Source of the DNA: an uncultured Pelotomaculum sp.
Lineage (GTDB): Bacteria > Bacillota > Desulfotomaculia > Desulfotomaculales > Pelotomaculaceae
Length of the DNA: 64,000 nt
Assembly: GCA_964543575.1 (NCBI GenBank)
Contig: CAZIYV010000001.1
Coordinates: 1,408-65,407 of the forward strand
Direction: 5' to 3'
Made by a program: the position numbers and the translations under genes. The notes beneath the pieces are model-generated. The model was not told the origin of the DNA and made no database searches. It saw nothing but the letters and a program-made list of their open reading frames with translations. Of this stretch, positions 1 through 9,219 are shown piece after piece. Each line of letters opens with the position of its first letter. Position 1 is the stretch's first letter.

Positions 1-807
1 GGTTAAGCCGTAGCCCCACCAATAGTTCCACACGTAGCGGTCCGTTGTCAGAGTCAGGTTGTTTTTAAAATGCTGGGCAATTTTGGTTACCCGGTCCAGA
101 TATTTTGCTTCACCGGTAGTCTGATAAATTTTAAGCATAGTGCGGCCCAGGCTCATATTCTGGTTGAAAGGTACACCAACCCCGTCACACCAGTACGGAG
201 AACCTTTCCTGTAAATGTACCAGCCGGTGTTGCCCGATTCCTTCCACTCATCCTCATGCACACCAATAGCGTCCTTGGCGGCCTGCACGTAGATACCAGC
301 CTTGTTATTGTAAGCGGACAGCTTGGGGTCGCTTTTCACAATCTGGGCAAACCAGGCGTAAGGGTACGAGATGGTGCCGGTATCAACCGCCACGTGAAAA
401 TATTTACCTCCCAGAATCAGCGGGTTGCTGTCGTTGGGCGAGTCGGTGTGACGCCAGGCGGGTAGGCTTAACCCCCTGTAATCAGTGACCTTTCTAACAC
501 TATCTCTCTGGTTTAGCACGCTGTCGGCGTGATTGACAAATTTATCAAGATAGCTGGTATCCTGGTAGGTTTCGTACATCAATAAATATGATTGAAGCAC
601 GTAGGCCTCTCTGAAAGCTAGAAAGCCTGAGTCATTATTATAGTTTTTGTACCAGTCGCCGCCTCTTTGATCCAGTTGGTTAAAATAAGCCCTGAGGTCC
701 TTTACCTCAGCTGCTTGTCCAGGTATAGCCGATAAAAAGAACACAGCCGCAAAGAAGACTAGAAACAGCCCAGTCCATAACCAAGTTTTCCTTTTCGATA
801 AAATCAA
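1..807 (-). CDS. Secreted (alpha/alpha)-barrel-like protein of unknown function, paralog of 3893..5110; partial, runs off the left edge
   Basis: Not in the ORF track. Manual translation from TTG at 807 (GGAGG upstream) gives MILSKRKTWLWTGLFLVFFAAVFFLSAIPGQAAEVKDLRAYFNQLDQRGGDWYKNYNNDSGFLAFREAYVLQSYLLMYETYQD, a signal peptide followed by sequence nearly collinear with 3893..5110. Confidence 0.85.
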   Translation of the reverse strand, partial: MILSKRKTWLWTGLFLVFFAAVFFLSAIPGQAAEVKDLRAYFNQLDQRGGDWYKNYNNDSGFLAFREAYVLQSYLLMYETYQDTSYLDKFVNHADSVLNQRDSVRKVTDYRGLSLPAWRHTDSPNDSNPLILGGKYFHVAVDTGTISYPYAWFAQIVKSDPKLSAYNNKAGIYVQAAKDAIGVHEDEWKESGNTGWYIYRKGSPYWCDGVGVPFNQNMSLGRTMLKIYQTTGEAKYLDRVTKIAQHFKNNLTLTTDRYVWNYWWGYGLT

Positions 808-932
808 ATCTCTATTCCTCCATTCTATTGATGTTAAATCGGAGGCACTCGACCAGGGATCCTTATAGTCACTGGTCAGTCAGTGAGTAACCCAAAACAC
901 CTCCTCGAGGTAAAAATAACAAAAGGGCCTGT

Positions 933-949
933 ATCGACAATTTTCGACA
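933..949 (-). promoter_or_regulatory. Tandem Spo0A-box-like sites
   Basis: Minus strand has TGTCGAA (943-949, exact TGNCGAA) and TGTCGAT (933-939, one mismatch), one helical turn apart, upstream of the 807 start. Confidence 0.5.
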
Positions 950-998
950 AACCAAACAGCTTCCCCTTTACTTGTAGACTGTTAATTATTTGCAAAGC

Positions 999-1027
999 AA
1001 AAGCGCCTGTGGGTTAACAGGCGCTTT
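999..1027 (-). terminator. Intrinsic terminator after the GT2 gene
   Basis: Inverted repeat AAAGCGCCTGT-gggtta-ACAGGCGCTTT with flanking A/T runs. Confidence 0.8.
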
Positions 1028-1045
1028 AAAAGGTTTTTTAACTTT

Positions 1046-2203
1046 TTATGCTCTAGTGCTCCCGGCCTTTTCCCAGTAGGCAGGAGTTCGTCCGAAAATA
1101 GTTTTTGCCAACCCGGCCATACTGGCAAAGTTAAACATGCAGAAGTAGTATGGAAGATAAAAGAGCTTTGACCTGAACTGAAAAACCGCGCTTAGAAGGG
1201 CAAAAGAGTAAAATATAATTTGAACTGGCAGAAGTATCTGATAAGTGGGTGCGGCGAGATATAAAGCAATGTTGGAGTAAAAGATCAGGACTAGCGGCAG
1301 GGGCGCCAGATAGCGCAGGAGCCTGTGGGAAATCATCTTCCAGGAGAAAAGCAGGTTTGTATGAAAAGGGCTGAATATGCCCGGTGACTTTAGTATACTG
1401 CCCCATACTCTCGCCAACATTCTTACTTTGCGTTTATACTCGTCACTTGTTTTGGTGCCCGCTTTTTCAGATGCTACAGCATCATTAACATAAACTGCTT
1501 TTTTCCCTTTTGAATTCATATAATGAGGGAATTCAAAATCGTGGCTTTGTGTATTTCCAAAATAGTGGTAATCCCTGGCACGAACGGCGTAAATTGCCCC
1601 GTTGCCGGCGGTGATAGATCCGGTGGCTGTTTCAAGCCTGCGGAGAAATATTTCATAACGCCAGTATATGCCTTCAGAGTAGCTGCTGTTTCCCTCAGTG
1701 GTGTTGATGTATCTGAGTTGACCGCAGGTGTATCCCACGCTTTCATCTGTAAAAGGGTGCACCAGCTTTTTTAGGGCTTCTTTTTCCCACAAGGAGTTGG
1801 CGTCTGAAAAAACCAGAATCTCGCCCCGTGCTTTGCCGGCTGCTTCGTTCTGGGCCCCGGTTTTCCCCAGTCTTGATGCAGTGCTTATGAGACGTACTCC
1901 CTGGCAGGCAAAATCAGAGACAATTTCATCGGTTTGGTCTGTTGAATAGTCGGAAACTACTATTATTTCAACCTTTTCCCGCGGATATTCCAGGTTCAGG
2001 CAATTTTCAATTTTTTGCTGGATTACAGCCTCTTCGTTATGGGCTGCAATAATTAAAGACACTTCCGGGAGGGGTCCGCCTTCGGAAATAGTCTTTTGTT
2101 TTATTATTTTAGCCAGGCAAGAAAGAAGTAGCGGGTAACCAATATAGATGTAAATTATGGAGATAGCTGACAGCAAAAATAATAATTCCAAGTTTATGAC
2201 CAC
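1046..2203 (-). CDS. GT2 glycosyltransferase with C-terminal TM helices (IcaA/CESA-like)
   Basis: SLIIAAHNEE, VSDYSTD, VFSDAN, GNGAIYA and RKVR motifs; hydrophobic termini. Confidence 0.9.
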   Translation of the reverse strand: MVINLELLFLLSAISIIYIYIGYPLLLSCLAKIIKQKTISEGGPLPEVSLIIAAHNEEAVIQQKIENCLNLEYPREKVEIIVVSDYSTDQTDEIVSDFACQGVRLISTASRLGKTGAQNEAAGKARGEILVFSDANSLWEKEALKKLVHPFTDESVGYTCGQLRYINTTEGNSSYSEGIYWRYEIFLRRLETATGSITAGNGAIYAVRARDYHYFGNTQSHDFEFPHYMNSKGKKAVYVNDAVASEKAGTKTSDEYKRKVRMLARVWGSILKSPGIFSPFHTNLLFSWKMISHRLLRYLAPLPLVLIFYSNIALYLAAPTYQILLPVQIIFYSFALLSAVFQFRSKLFYLPYYFCMFNFASMAGLAKTIFGRTPAYWEKAGSTRA

Positions 2204-2219
2204 CTTGGATAATATGCTT

Positions 2220-2993
2220 TTAACTTTCTTTCCGTCGGTACAGAACGGCCACCCAGTGAGGCTTACTTTTTTGGGGTAGTAGTTTGCGTAATATTGAGAG
2301 AAAGTAAGATATCAAACCCCTTCTGAGAGGACCAGAACCGGTATAGCCACACTGGGGACAGACACAGTTATCGGAAACATTCCAGTGATTTCCCAGGTTT
2401 TGTCTAAAAATAGTATCCCACCGGTACGGGCGGACGGTGAGTCCGCCAAGGTACCGGTGGTTTACATATTCGAAATGAGGGAGCAGATTTATAAGCTCTT
2501 CCAGATTAAAACTGTGCAGGTGGCGGTAGCGGTGATAGGTGCAAGAACATAAAGGGCATTTTATAAACCTATCCCTTAAAAATTCATCATTAGGAACGGT
2601 GATTAAAATATATTTTTGGGCAACCCGTTGAAGCTCCAGAAGTGATTTATTGTAAATCGGGTTGGGCAAGTGTTCTATTACTTCGGCACAGATTGCCAGG
2701 TCAAAGGACTGGTCAGGCAGGGGCAAAAGGTCCATACCGGCGACTAGCTTTTCTGACTTTACATGTTTAAGGGCTTCATTTGAAACATCAACACCCAAAA
2801 CCTTTTCGTGTTGATCCAGGAGTTGGTTAGTCAGAAGACCGTCACCGCAACCCAAGTCGATAATACTTCTGACCTCTTCCGGGATCATTTTGATGGTTTC
2901 AAGAACCCGTGACCATTCAAGCTCTGAAGGGTTATGTCTCTGCCAGACAGCGGCCTGCTCGTAATACTGTTGGTATGTGTCAATGTTTCCCAT
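2220..2993 (-). CDS. Class I SAM-dependent methyltransferase with Cys pairs
   Basis: IIDLGCGDG, GVDVS and FDLAICAEVIEHL motifs; CPLC and CPQC pairs. Confidence 0.88.
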   Translation of the reverse strand: MGNIDTYQQYYEQAAVWQRHNPSELEWSRVLETIKMIPEEVRSIIDLGCGDGLLTNQLLDQHEKVLGVDVSNEALKHVKSEKLVAGMDLLPLPDQSFDLAICAEVIEHLPNPIYNKSLLELQRVAQKYILITVPNDEFLRDRFIKCPLCSCTYHRYRHLHSFNLEELINLLPHFEYVNHRYLGGLTVRPYRWDTIFRQNLGNHWNVSDNCVCPQCGYTGSGPLRRGLISYFLSILRKLLPQKSKPHWVAVLYRRKES

Positions 2994-3098
2994 AAATACC
3001 CCACTACTGCTTCTTAATCCACTGAAACACTAGTTGATTTACAGTTGCAGCGAACACCTGGCCAAGCCGGATGCTTTCATGTTAATACCAAATGATAA

Positions 3099-3776
3099 TT
3101 ATTGCTGGGCAGCCACGGGTGTAGCGTTCGCTTCCTTCTGCACCAGGGAAATGCTTACATTGTCAAAGCATACTGTTCCTTTGCCGTGTGAAAGTAGGAA
3201 GAGTTTGGTGAATAAAGCTTTTTCCGGTACAGTGAATACTTTTTTGGGAAAGGAACTCCATTCAGTGCCGGGGTTGTGTAAATAGCTCATGCTCTCCGGC
3301 ATGATCTTATGGTCCGTGTCGTAAAACATGACGCTCATCCTGGCGGGTGACGCGGGTTCAGAACCCAGTTTTACCTTGCAGTAAATTTGGTAGGTTTCAC
3401 CCGGCTGTACCTGCAGGAACTGGTATAAACCCCAGGTGTAGCCAACCTTGATGCATTTGTTGCCGTTGTCTTCAGTTACAATAGTTCCATCCTGGGGTGA
3501 CCAACCGAAATGACCCATTTCAAACGTGGCGTTTTCCAGAATTGGTGGTAACTTTTCCGTTTTAGTTTTATCCGGGACTGTAGTTTGTGTGGTTTGTGGT
3601 GGCAACTGCTGTATTTGTTCCGGTCCAGTTTGTCCCGTTTGAGTCTGACTGGGTGGCTGTGCGCCCGAATTTCCGGTGGTTTGAGTTGCTACGCAGCCTG
3701 TTAGTGTATACACCATCACCATCAATAATGCTGCGACCAAAGCTGCTATCCAGATTTTTCCGCTCCTACCCCGCAT
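3099..3776 (-). CDS. Lipoprotein with Gln/Thr-rich linker and carbohydrate-binding (CBM4/9-like) domain
   Basis: Start refined to ATG 3776 (AGGGGG SD). Lipobox LTGC, QT-rich linker, then ENATFE...YQFLQVQPGETYQI...GTVCFDNVSI. Confidence 0.75.
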   Translation of the reverse strand: MRGRSGKIWIAALVAALLMVMVYTLTGCVATQTTGNSGAQPPSQTQTGQTGPEQIQQLPPQTTQTTVPDKTKTEKLPPILENATFEMGHFGWSPQDGTIVTEDNGNKCIKVGYTWGLYQFLQVQPGETYQIYCKVKLGSEPASPARMSVMFYDTDHKIMPESMSYLHNPGTEWSSFPKKVFTVPEKALFTKLFLLSHGKGTVCFDNVSISLVQKEANATPVAAQQ

Positions 3777-3828
3777 TTTTTTAATATACCCCCTTTTTAA
3801 TTGGAAAGAATCGCTTCCGGCTCTCTGC

Positions 3829-3855
3829 ATTATATGATGCTGGTTGAATAAATGT
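3829..3855 (-). promoter_or_regulatory. Sigma-K-type promoter
   Basis: AACA-N16-CATATAAT, i.e. AC-N17-CATANNNT, upstream of ATG 3776. Confidence 0.6.
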
Positions 3856-3892
3856 TTTTTCCGGGTAACAGAATTAAAAAATCTTTTTGATG

Positions 3893-5110
3893 TTATTCAT
3901 CAACTACAACTATGGGGGTAGAAGAATTAGTCAATTTGATTTCTCCTTCTCTGCCGGCCCAGTTTAAATATGCTGCAACCAAAAGAACGGGTGCCCCCGC
4001 GGTTTTAAGATGGCAAACCTTTTCACAGGTGATAGCAGTGAGTGCCGGTGTCAGCTTGTGGCAGCGCAGCCACATACCAATTAAGACATCATATGCGCCG
4101 CTTAAACCATCCGGGGAATCGCCGTTAACAAATTCATTAATCCCGCCATCATTTCTGATCAGGTTTTTTTCGAGTGTATTTGCGAAAAGCCGGATGTCGT
4201 CTGCGGAGAAGACCAGATCCGCCTGGTAGGCCATAATTACAAAATCAACGTCAACTGCGCCGTGGCGGAAGTCCTCGATTTTTTTGTAACCTTTGTAGGA
4301 AGGGGTGTTGGCGCTTACCCGCTGGCTTTCAACCCACCCGTTATAGCCGTCTCCCCACCAGTAATTCCAGACGTAGCGGTCGGTGTTCAGGGTAAGATTG
4401 TTTTTAAAGTGGACGGCTATTTTCGCGACCCGATCGATATACCCGGTATCCCCGGTTGCCTGATATATTTTGAGCATGGTGCGGGCAAGGCCCAGATTCT
4501 GGTTGAATGGGACACCAACACCGTCGCACCAGTAGGGAGAGCCCTTTCTGTAAATGTAATAACCTTCTTCCCCTGATTCCCGCCACTCGTCATCATGGAC
4601 GCCTACAGCGTCTTTGGCGGCCTGCACATAAACATTAGCCTTGCTCTCATAAATTGACAGATTGGGGTCGCTTCTAATAATCTGGGCAAACCAGGCGTAA
4701 GGGTACGAAATATTGCCCGTGTCAACAGCGACATGAAAGAATTTACCCCCCAGGATAAGTGGGTTGGTTTTGTCCGGCGGGTCGGTGTGCCGCCAGGCGG
4801 GAAGGCTAAGACCCCGGTAATCGGCAACACCCCGGATATTGTCCCTCTGGTTAAGTACGCTGTCGGCATGAATTACAAATTTATCGAGATAACAGGTATC
4901 CTTATAGGTTTCATACATTAACAAATACGCCTGGAGTACATACGCCTCACGGAAGGCCAGATATCCGGATTCATTGTTGTAGTCTTTATACCAACTGCCT
5001 CCTTTACGATCCAGTTGATCAAAATAGCTCCTCAGGTCCATACTGCTTTTTTCCTCCTCTGCGGCTACGTTTTGGGGATAAATGAAAACAAATAAAAAAA
5101 AATTAAGCAT
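3893..5110 (-). CDS. Secreted (alpha/alpha)-barrel-like protein (six-hairpin/C5-epimerase-like fold suspected); true start may be TTG 5151 across a frameshift
   Basis: 405-aa ORF with helical repeats such as LLMYETYKDTCYLDKF and LKIYQATGDTGYIDRV; paralog at 1..807. Confidence 0.8.
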   Translation of the reverse strand: MLNFFLFVFIYPQNVAAEEEKSSMDLRSYFDQLDRKGGSWYKDYNNESGYLAFREAYVLQAYLLMYETYKDTCYLDKFVIHADSVLNQRDNIRGVADYRGLSLPAWRHTDPPDKTNPLILGGKFFHVAVDTGNISYPYAWFAQIIRSDPNLSIYESKANVYVQAAKDAVGVHDDEWRESGEEGYYIYRKGSPYWCDGVGVPFNQNLGLARTMLKIYQATGDTGYIDRVAKIAVHFKNNLTLNTDRYVWNYWWGDGYNGWVESQRVSANTPSYKGYKKIEDFRHGAVDVDFVIMAYQADLVFSADDIRLFANTLEKNLIRNDGGINEFVNGDSPDGLSGAYDVLIGMWLRCHKLTPALTAITCEKVCHLKTAGAPVLLVAAYLNWAGREGEIKLTNSSTPIVVVDE

Positions 5111-5191
5111 AGTGCCAACCTCAGGCAGCTTGTGCTTTTAGGCCTAGGCAAGACCACCACTCCCAAAAAATCATTTTTAAATTAACACCCT

Positions 5192-5254
5192 ATTATATGA
5201 AGCGGGTAATCTAAAGGTTAAACTTTTCACAATTTCTGGATAGACACATAAAAT
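5192..5254. promoter_or_regulatory. Divergent pair of sigma-K-type promoters
   Basis: Minus strand: AACC-N16-CATATAAT (5192-5218). Plus strand: AC-N16-CATAAAAT (5229-5254), spacer one base short. Confidence 0.55.
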
Positions 5255-5296
5255 GTTTAGTAACTCAAAAAGGAAGTATTTTTTAAGAGGGTTAAT

Positions 5297-6550
5297 GTGA
5301 AAAAAAATATCGGTTTTTTTAAAAGGATGTTCGATCTTGTTTTTACCCTGGCCTTCCTGGCTTTTTTATCTCCGATTATGCTGGCAATCTCACTGTTGAT
5401 AGTGGTTGACAGCGGTTTCCCCGTTTTTTTTGTCCAGTTGAGATCTGGTGAAAATGGCCGCCAATTTCTGGTTTATAAATTCAGGACAATGTTTCAAGCA
5501 GCTGTCCCCAATAATAGTTATATAGTTGCAGGCAGTGGTGACCAACGCATAACACGTGTTGGCAGGTTGCTGCGCAGGTTAAGCCTTGATGAAATTCCCC
5601 AGTTTTTCAATGTGTTAAAAGGTGATATGAGCGTGGTGGGTCCCCGTCCCACGTTGCCCTATCAGACCGAACGTTATGATTCCCACCAGCGCAGGCGGCT
5701 TTCCGTAAAGCCTGGCATAACCGGCTGGGCGCAGGTAAACGGGCGCAACCTATTGAGTTGGCGGGAGAAGATCGAACTGGATCTGTGGTATATAGATCAT
5801 TACTCACTTTTCCTGGATATAAAAATTATTTTTAAAACCATGGCGGTAATTACTTGCAATCAGGGGGTCTATACAAGTCATTTGGATGACGACATCTTGG
5901 CTGTAGAAAAAGTAGTAATTATAGGCGCCGGGGGGCATGGGAGAGTTGTAGCGGACATAATAGCGCTCTCCAGAAAGCATGAAGCTGTTCTTGCGTTTAT
6001 AGACGATAATGCCGCCCTTTGGGGAGATAATATCGCAGGTGTACCTGTTTTTGGCGGAATTAACAGATTGAAATTGATGTGCCGGCAGTATCCCGGGATA
6101 TCGGTGATTGTTGCCGTTGGTAATAATTCCGCCAGGCAAAAGATAGTAACGGAACTGAAAGATTATGGAATTAAGTATACCAGCTGCATACATCCCCGGG
6201 CGGTTATTGCCGGGGAGGTAAAGATGGGGATGGGAGTGATGGTTATGGCCGGCGCTGTTATCAACACGGGTGCGATTATTGGCGACCACAGCATTATTAA
6301 TACAGGCGCTACGATAGACCACGACTGTATCCTGGAGGACTTTGTCCACATTTCGCCCGGGGTCAACCTGGCAGGAAAAGTGAAGGTGGATGTGAGAGCC
6401 CATGTCGGCATTGGCGCGGCTGTTTTGCCTTGTATCAAAATTGGCTGTGGTTCAATGGTTGGAGCAGGCTCTGTGGTGGTTCAGGATGTCCCCGCGGATG
6501 CGGTGGCTAAAGGCGTACCGGCACGGGTGACTCTGGACGGAGACGCCTGA
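5297..6550 (+). CDS. Bifunctional phosphoglycosyltransferase plus sugar N-acetyltransferase (Neisseria PglB-type; PglC+PglD fusion)
   Basis: N-terminal KRMFD, YKFRTM, SLDEIPQ, GDMSVVGPRP and KPGITGWAQVNGR motifs; C-terminal IIGAGGHG, AVGNN and hexapeptide repeats with IDHDC. Confidence 0.92.
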   Translation: MKKNIGFFKRMFDLVFTLAFLAFLSPIMLAISLLIVVDSGFPVFFVQLRSGENGRQFLVYKFRTMFQAAVPNNSYIVAGSGDQRITRVGRLLRRLSLDEIPQFFNVLKGDMSVVGPRPTLPYQTERYDSHQRRRLSVKPGITGWAQVNGRNLLSWREKIELDLWYIDHYSLFLDIKIIFKTMAVITCNQGVYTSHLDDDILAVEKVVIIGAGGHGRVVADIIALSRKHEAVLAFIDDNAALWGDNIAGVPVFGGINRLKLMCRQYPGISVIVAVGNNSARQKIVTELKDYGIKYTSCIHPRAVIAGEVKMGMGVMVMAGAVINTGAIIGDHSIINTGATIDHDCILEDFVHISPGVNLAGKVKVDVRAHVGIGAAVLPCIKIGCGSMVGAGSVVVQDVPADAVAKGVPARVTLDGDA

Positions 6551-6588
6551 CAAGGAAAAAATAAAAAACCATATTTGGGGGTTACCAG

Positions 6589-7524
6589 ATGAACAGGATA
6601 CGCGGACGTAGTGTGCTGGTTACAGGGGGAGCGGGTTTTCTAGGATCCAACATAGCCCGCCTGCTGTTAAGCGAGGGCGCCAAAGTTACACTGCTTGATA
6701 ACTGCGGCCCAGGCCAGGAAAAAAATATTTTGGATATCATTGAGCGTGTAGTTTTACTAAGAGGTAATATTACCGACGAGGACACGGTTAAAAAAGCGGC
6801 GCGAGGCAAGGAAGTTATTGTACATGCCGCTTTTCCTGTAATTCAGTGCGACCGTTCGCTGGAGAACCAGTATATAGCTACCGGTACCGTCGGGCTTTTT
6901 AATATCCTGAAGGCAGCGCTTGAACAGCAGGCACTGGTGATCTATGTTTCATCGATTTCAGTATATGGAAAGCAGTTGTATACTCCCATTGATGAAAAGC
7001 ATCCGGTAAACCCATCTTTGGTGTACGGCGCCACCAAGCTGGCCGGTGAATTTTACTGCAGGGTTATGGCCAGAGAATACGGGTTAAAAAATGTGATACT
7101 CAGATATTCTGACTTATATGGTCCTGGCCTGGGCAGGTCCAACGCGCCTGTGGTTTTTTTGGAGAAAGCGCTGGCCGGACTTCCTTTGTTGGTGAGGGGC
7201 GGCGGCAAGCAGGTCCGTTCCTACCTTTTTGTCACCGACGCCGCGCAAGCTGTGCTGCAGGCAATTGAAAACCCGGCTGTACAGGGAATGGTTTTCAATG
7301 TGGGCGGCGACGAAACCATAACAATTATGGACCTGGCTTTAAAAGTGAAAGAGATTACCCGCAGCAACAGCGAAATCATTGCTGAGGAAGGCTGGGTCGA
7401 TGAGAGGGAATACCGGATTGACTCAACCCTGGCCAGGTCAATACTGGGCTTTTGCCCGGGAGTAGATTTAAATGCCGGGCTTAGAAAGACACTGGCTTGG
7501 GTAAAAGGTGGGCGGCAGGCATGA
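6589..7524 (+). CDS. NAD-dependent epimerase/dehydratase (extended SDR)
   Basis: TGGAGFLGS and YGATK motifs. Confidence 0.9.
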   Translation: MNRIRGRSVLVTGGAGFLGSNIARLLLSEGAKVTLLDNCGPGQEKNILDIIERVVLLRGNITDEDTVKKAARGKEVIVHAAFPVIQCDRSLENQYIATGTVGLFNILKAALEQQALVIYVSSISVYGKQLYTPIDEKHPVNPSLVYGATKLAGEFYCRVMAREYGLKNVILRYSDLYGPGLGRSNAPVVFLEKALAGLPLLVRGGGKQVRSYLFVTDAAQAVLQAIENPAVQGMVFNVGGDETITIMDLALKVKEITRSNSEIIAEEGWVDEREYRIDSTLARSILGFCPGVDLNAGLRKTLAWVKGGRQA

Positions 7525-8219
7525 CCGTTGTTGCCATTCACCAGCCAAATTTCCTGCCCTGGCAGGGTTATTTTCATAAGCTGCTGAGCAGTGACATCTT
7601 CATTTTTCTGGACGATGCTCAATTTCCCAGGGGCAAAAGCTATACATCACGGGTGTCCATAAAGTCGTCAAGCGGACCTTTATGGCTGACGGTGCCGGTA
7701 AAAGGCAAGGGAGATCTGCTGCCCATAAAAGACATCGTTATGGTTGATACGCCGGATTGGCGAAGGAAGCACCTGAAAACCATTGAAAATTGTTATGCCA
7801 GAGCGCCCTTCTTTAAAGAATGCTTTCCTCTAATCAAAGAACTCTATCAGACGGATGATCAGAACCTTTGTAATTTTAATATCAAATTGATCAACAACCT
7901 GGCGCAGGCCTTAGCTTCTTCCACCTGTACAGTCAGGGCTTCAGAAATAGATGTAGATTGCAGCAGCCAGCTGGACCATCTGATCAAGCTGGTAAAGCAG
8001 GCAGGAGGCACCAAATATCTCACCGGGACAGGGAAGGGCTCTGCCCGTTATCTGGACGAGGAAGCTTTCAGACGGGAAGGCATAGAGGTCTTATACCAGT
8101 CTTTTGAGCACCTCTCATACCCGCAGCTCTGGGGGGAGTTTATTCCCAACCTGTCTATAATAGACCTGCTTTTTAACTGCGGGCCGGTTGCAGGCAAGAA
8201 ATATCTGTCAGCTGGTTAA
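7521..8219 (+). CDS. WbqC-family protein
   Basis: Start refined to ATG 7521. VAIHQPNFLPWQGYFHK, WLTVPV and YPQLWGEFIPNLSIIDLLFN motifs. Confidence 0.9.
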   Translation: MTVVAIHQPNFLPWQGYFHKLLSSDIFIFLDDAQFPRGKSYTSRVSIKSSSGPLWLTVPVKGKGDLLPIKDIVMVDTPDWRRKHLKTIENCYARAPFFKECFPLIKELYQTDDQNLCNFNIKLINNLAQALASSTCTVRASEIDVDCSSQLDHLIKLVKQAGGTKYLTGTGKGSARYLDEEAFRREGIEVLYQSFEHLSYPQLWGEFIPNLSIIDLLFNCGPVAGKKYLSAG

Positions 8220-8247
8220 TTTAACAATAAATTATGTCGGGGGTGCA

Positions 8248-8997
8248 GTGAAAATAAATCACATCAGCAAGTCAGCAAAATTGGGCCTGGGTTGCCAGGT
8301 AGGTTTTTTTTCCGTAATCAGCGAGAATGTACAGCTTGGTGAAAATGTATATATCGGTAATAGTGTCACAGTGTACCCGGGTGTAATTATTGGCAGCGAG
8401 GTTAGCGTAGGTGACAATTCAGTGGTTGGCAAGCAGCCTCACCCCGCCAAAACCAGTACGGTAAAATATGAAAAACCTTTGCCGCCTTTAAAAATCTGTG
8501 ATGGTACCATCGTCGGAGCGGGAGCAGTATTATACGCCGGTTCATACATTGGGGAAAATGTACTGGTTGGTGATCTGGCCTCAATCCGGGAAGAAAGTTT
8601 CATAGGTGACAGTACCATAGTCGGCCGGGGCGTGGCGGTTGAAAATAAGGTAAAGATAGGCAGTCAGGTCAAGATTCAAACCAACGCATACATTACCGCT
8701 TACACCACTGTGGCCGACCATGTTTTTATCGCTCCGTGTGTAATAACTACCAATGACAACAAAATGGGAAGAACAGAAACCAGGTTTGCTCATAAAAAAG
8801 GTTCGCGTATAGAAAGAGGAGCTCGAGTAGGGGCAGGGTCCATAATCCTGCCTGGTATAACAGTCGCAGAGGAAACATTCGTTGCCGCCGGTTCTCTGGT
8901 TACTAAGGATACTCCTGACGGCAAACCGATAATGGGTCATCCCGCAAGGGTTCACAGGGATGTTTCTGAGGAGGAGTTTTTAAAGAACGATTTATGA
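8248..8997 (+). CDS. Left-handed beta-helix sugar N-acyltransferase (WbpD/WlbB-like)
   Basis: Start refined to GTG 8248. Hexapeptide repeats and VFIAPCVITTND motif. Confidence 0.85.
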   Translation: MKINHISKSAKLGLGCQVGFFSVISENVQLGENVYIGNSVTVYPGVIIGSEVSVGDNSVVGKQPHPAKTSTVKYEKPLPPLKICDGTIVGAGAVLYAGSYIGENVLVGDLASIREESFIGDSTIVGRGVAVENKVKIGSQVKIQTNAYITAYTTVADHVFIAPCVITTNDNKMGRTETRFAHKKGSRIERGARVGAGSIILPGITVAEETFVAAGSLVTKDTPDGKPIMGHPARVHRDVSEEEFLKNDL

Positions 8998-9061
8998 ACA
9001 ATAGTATAAACGAGGCATTTCACAAGATATTTTTGTTATAGGTATTCTAAAGAATTGTTTT

Positions 9062-9089
9062 AGGGGCAGGTCGCTGACCCCCTTTATTT
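9062..9089 (+). terminator. Probable intrinsic terminator
   Basis: AGGGG-CAG-gtcg-CTG-a-CCCCT followed by TTATTT. Confidence 0.55.
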
Positions 9090-9219
9090 GTTAGCAACTG
9101 GCAACTTCTGTATAATCGATAACACGTACGCGATTAATAAAACAAGCCTCTTAATCTCTCAGTATTGTAGGTTAAACCACATTACGCTGCATATGGTAAT
9201 CAATTCATCCTGCCATAAT

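Noticed and set aside
70-465. Plus-strand 131-aa ORF
   Set aside because: It is the antisense shadow of the real minus-strand gene at 1..807.
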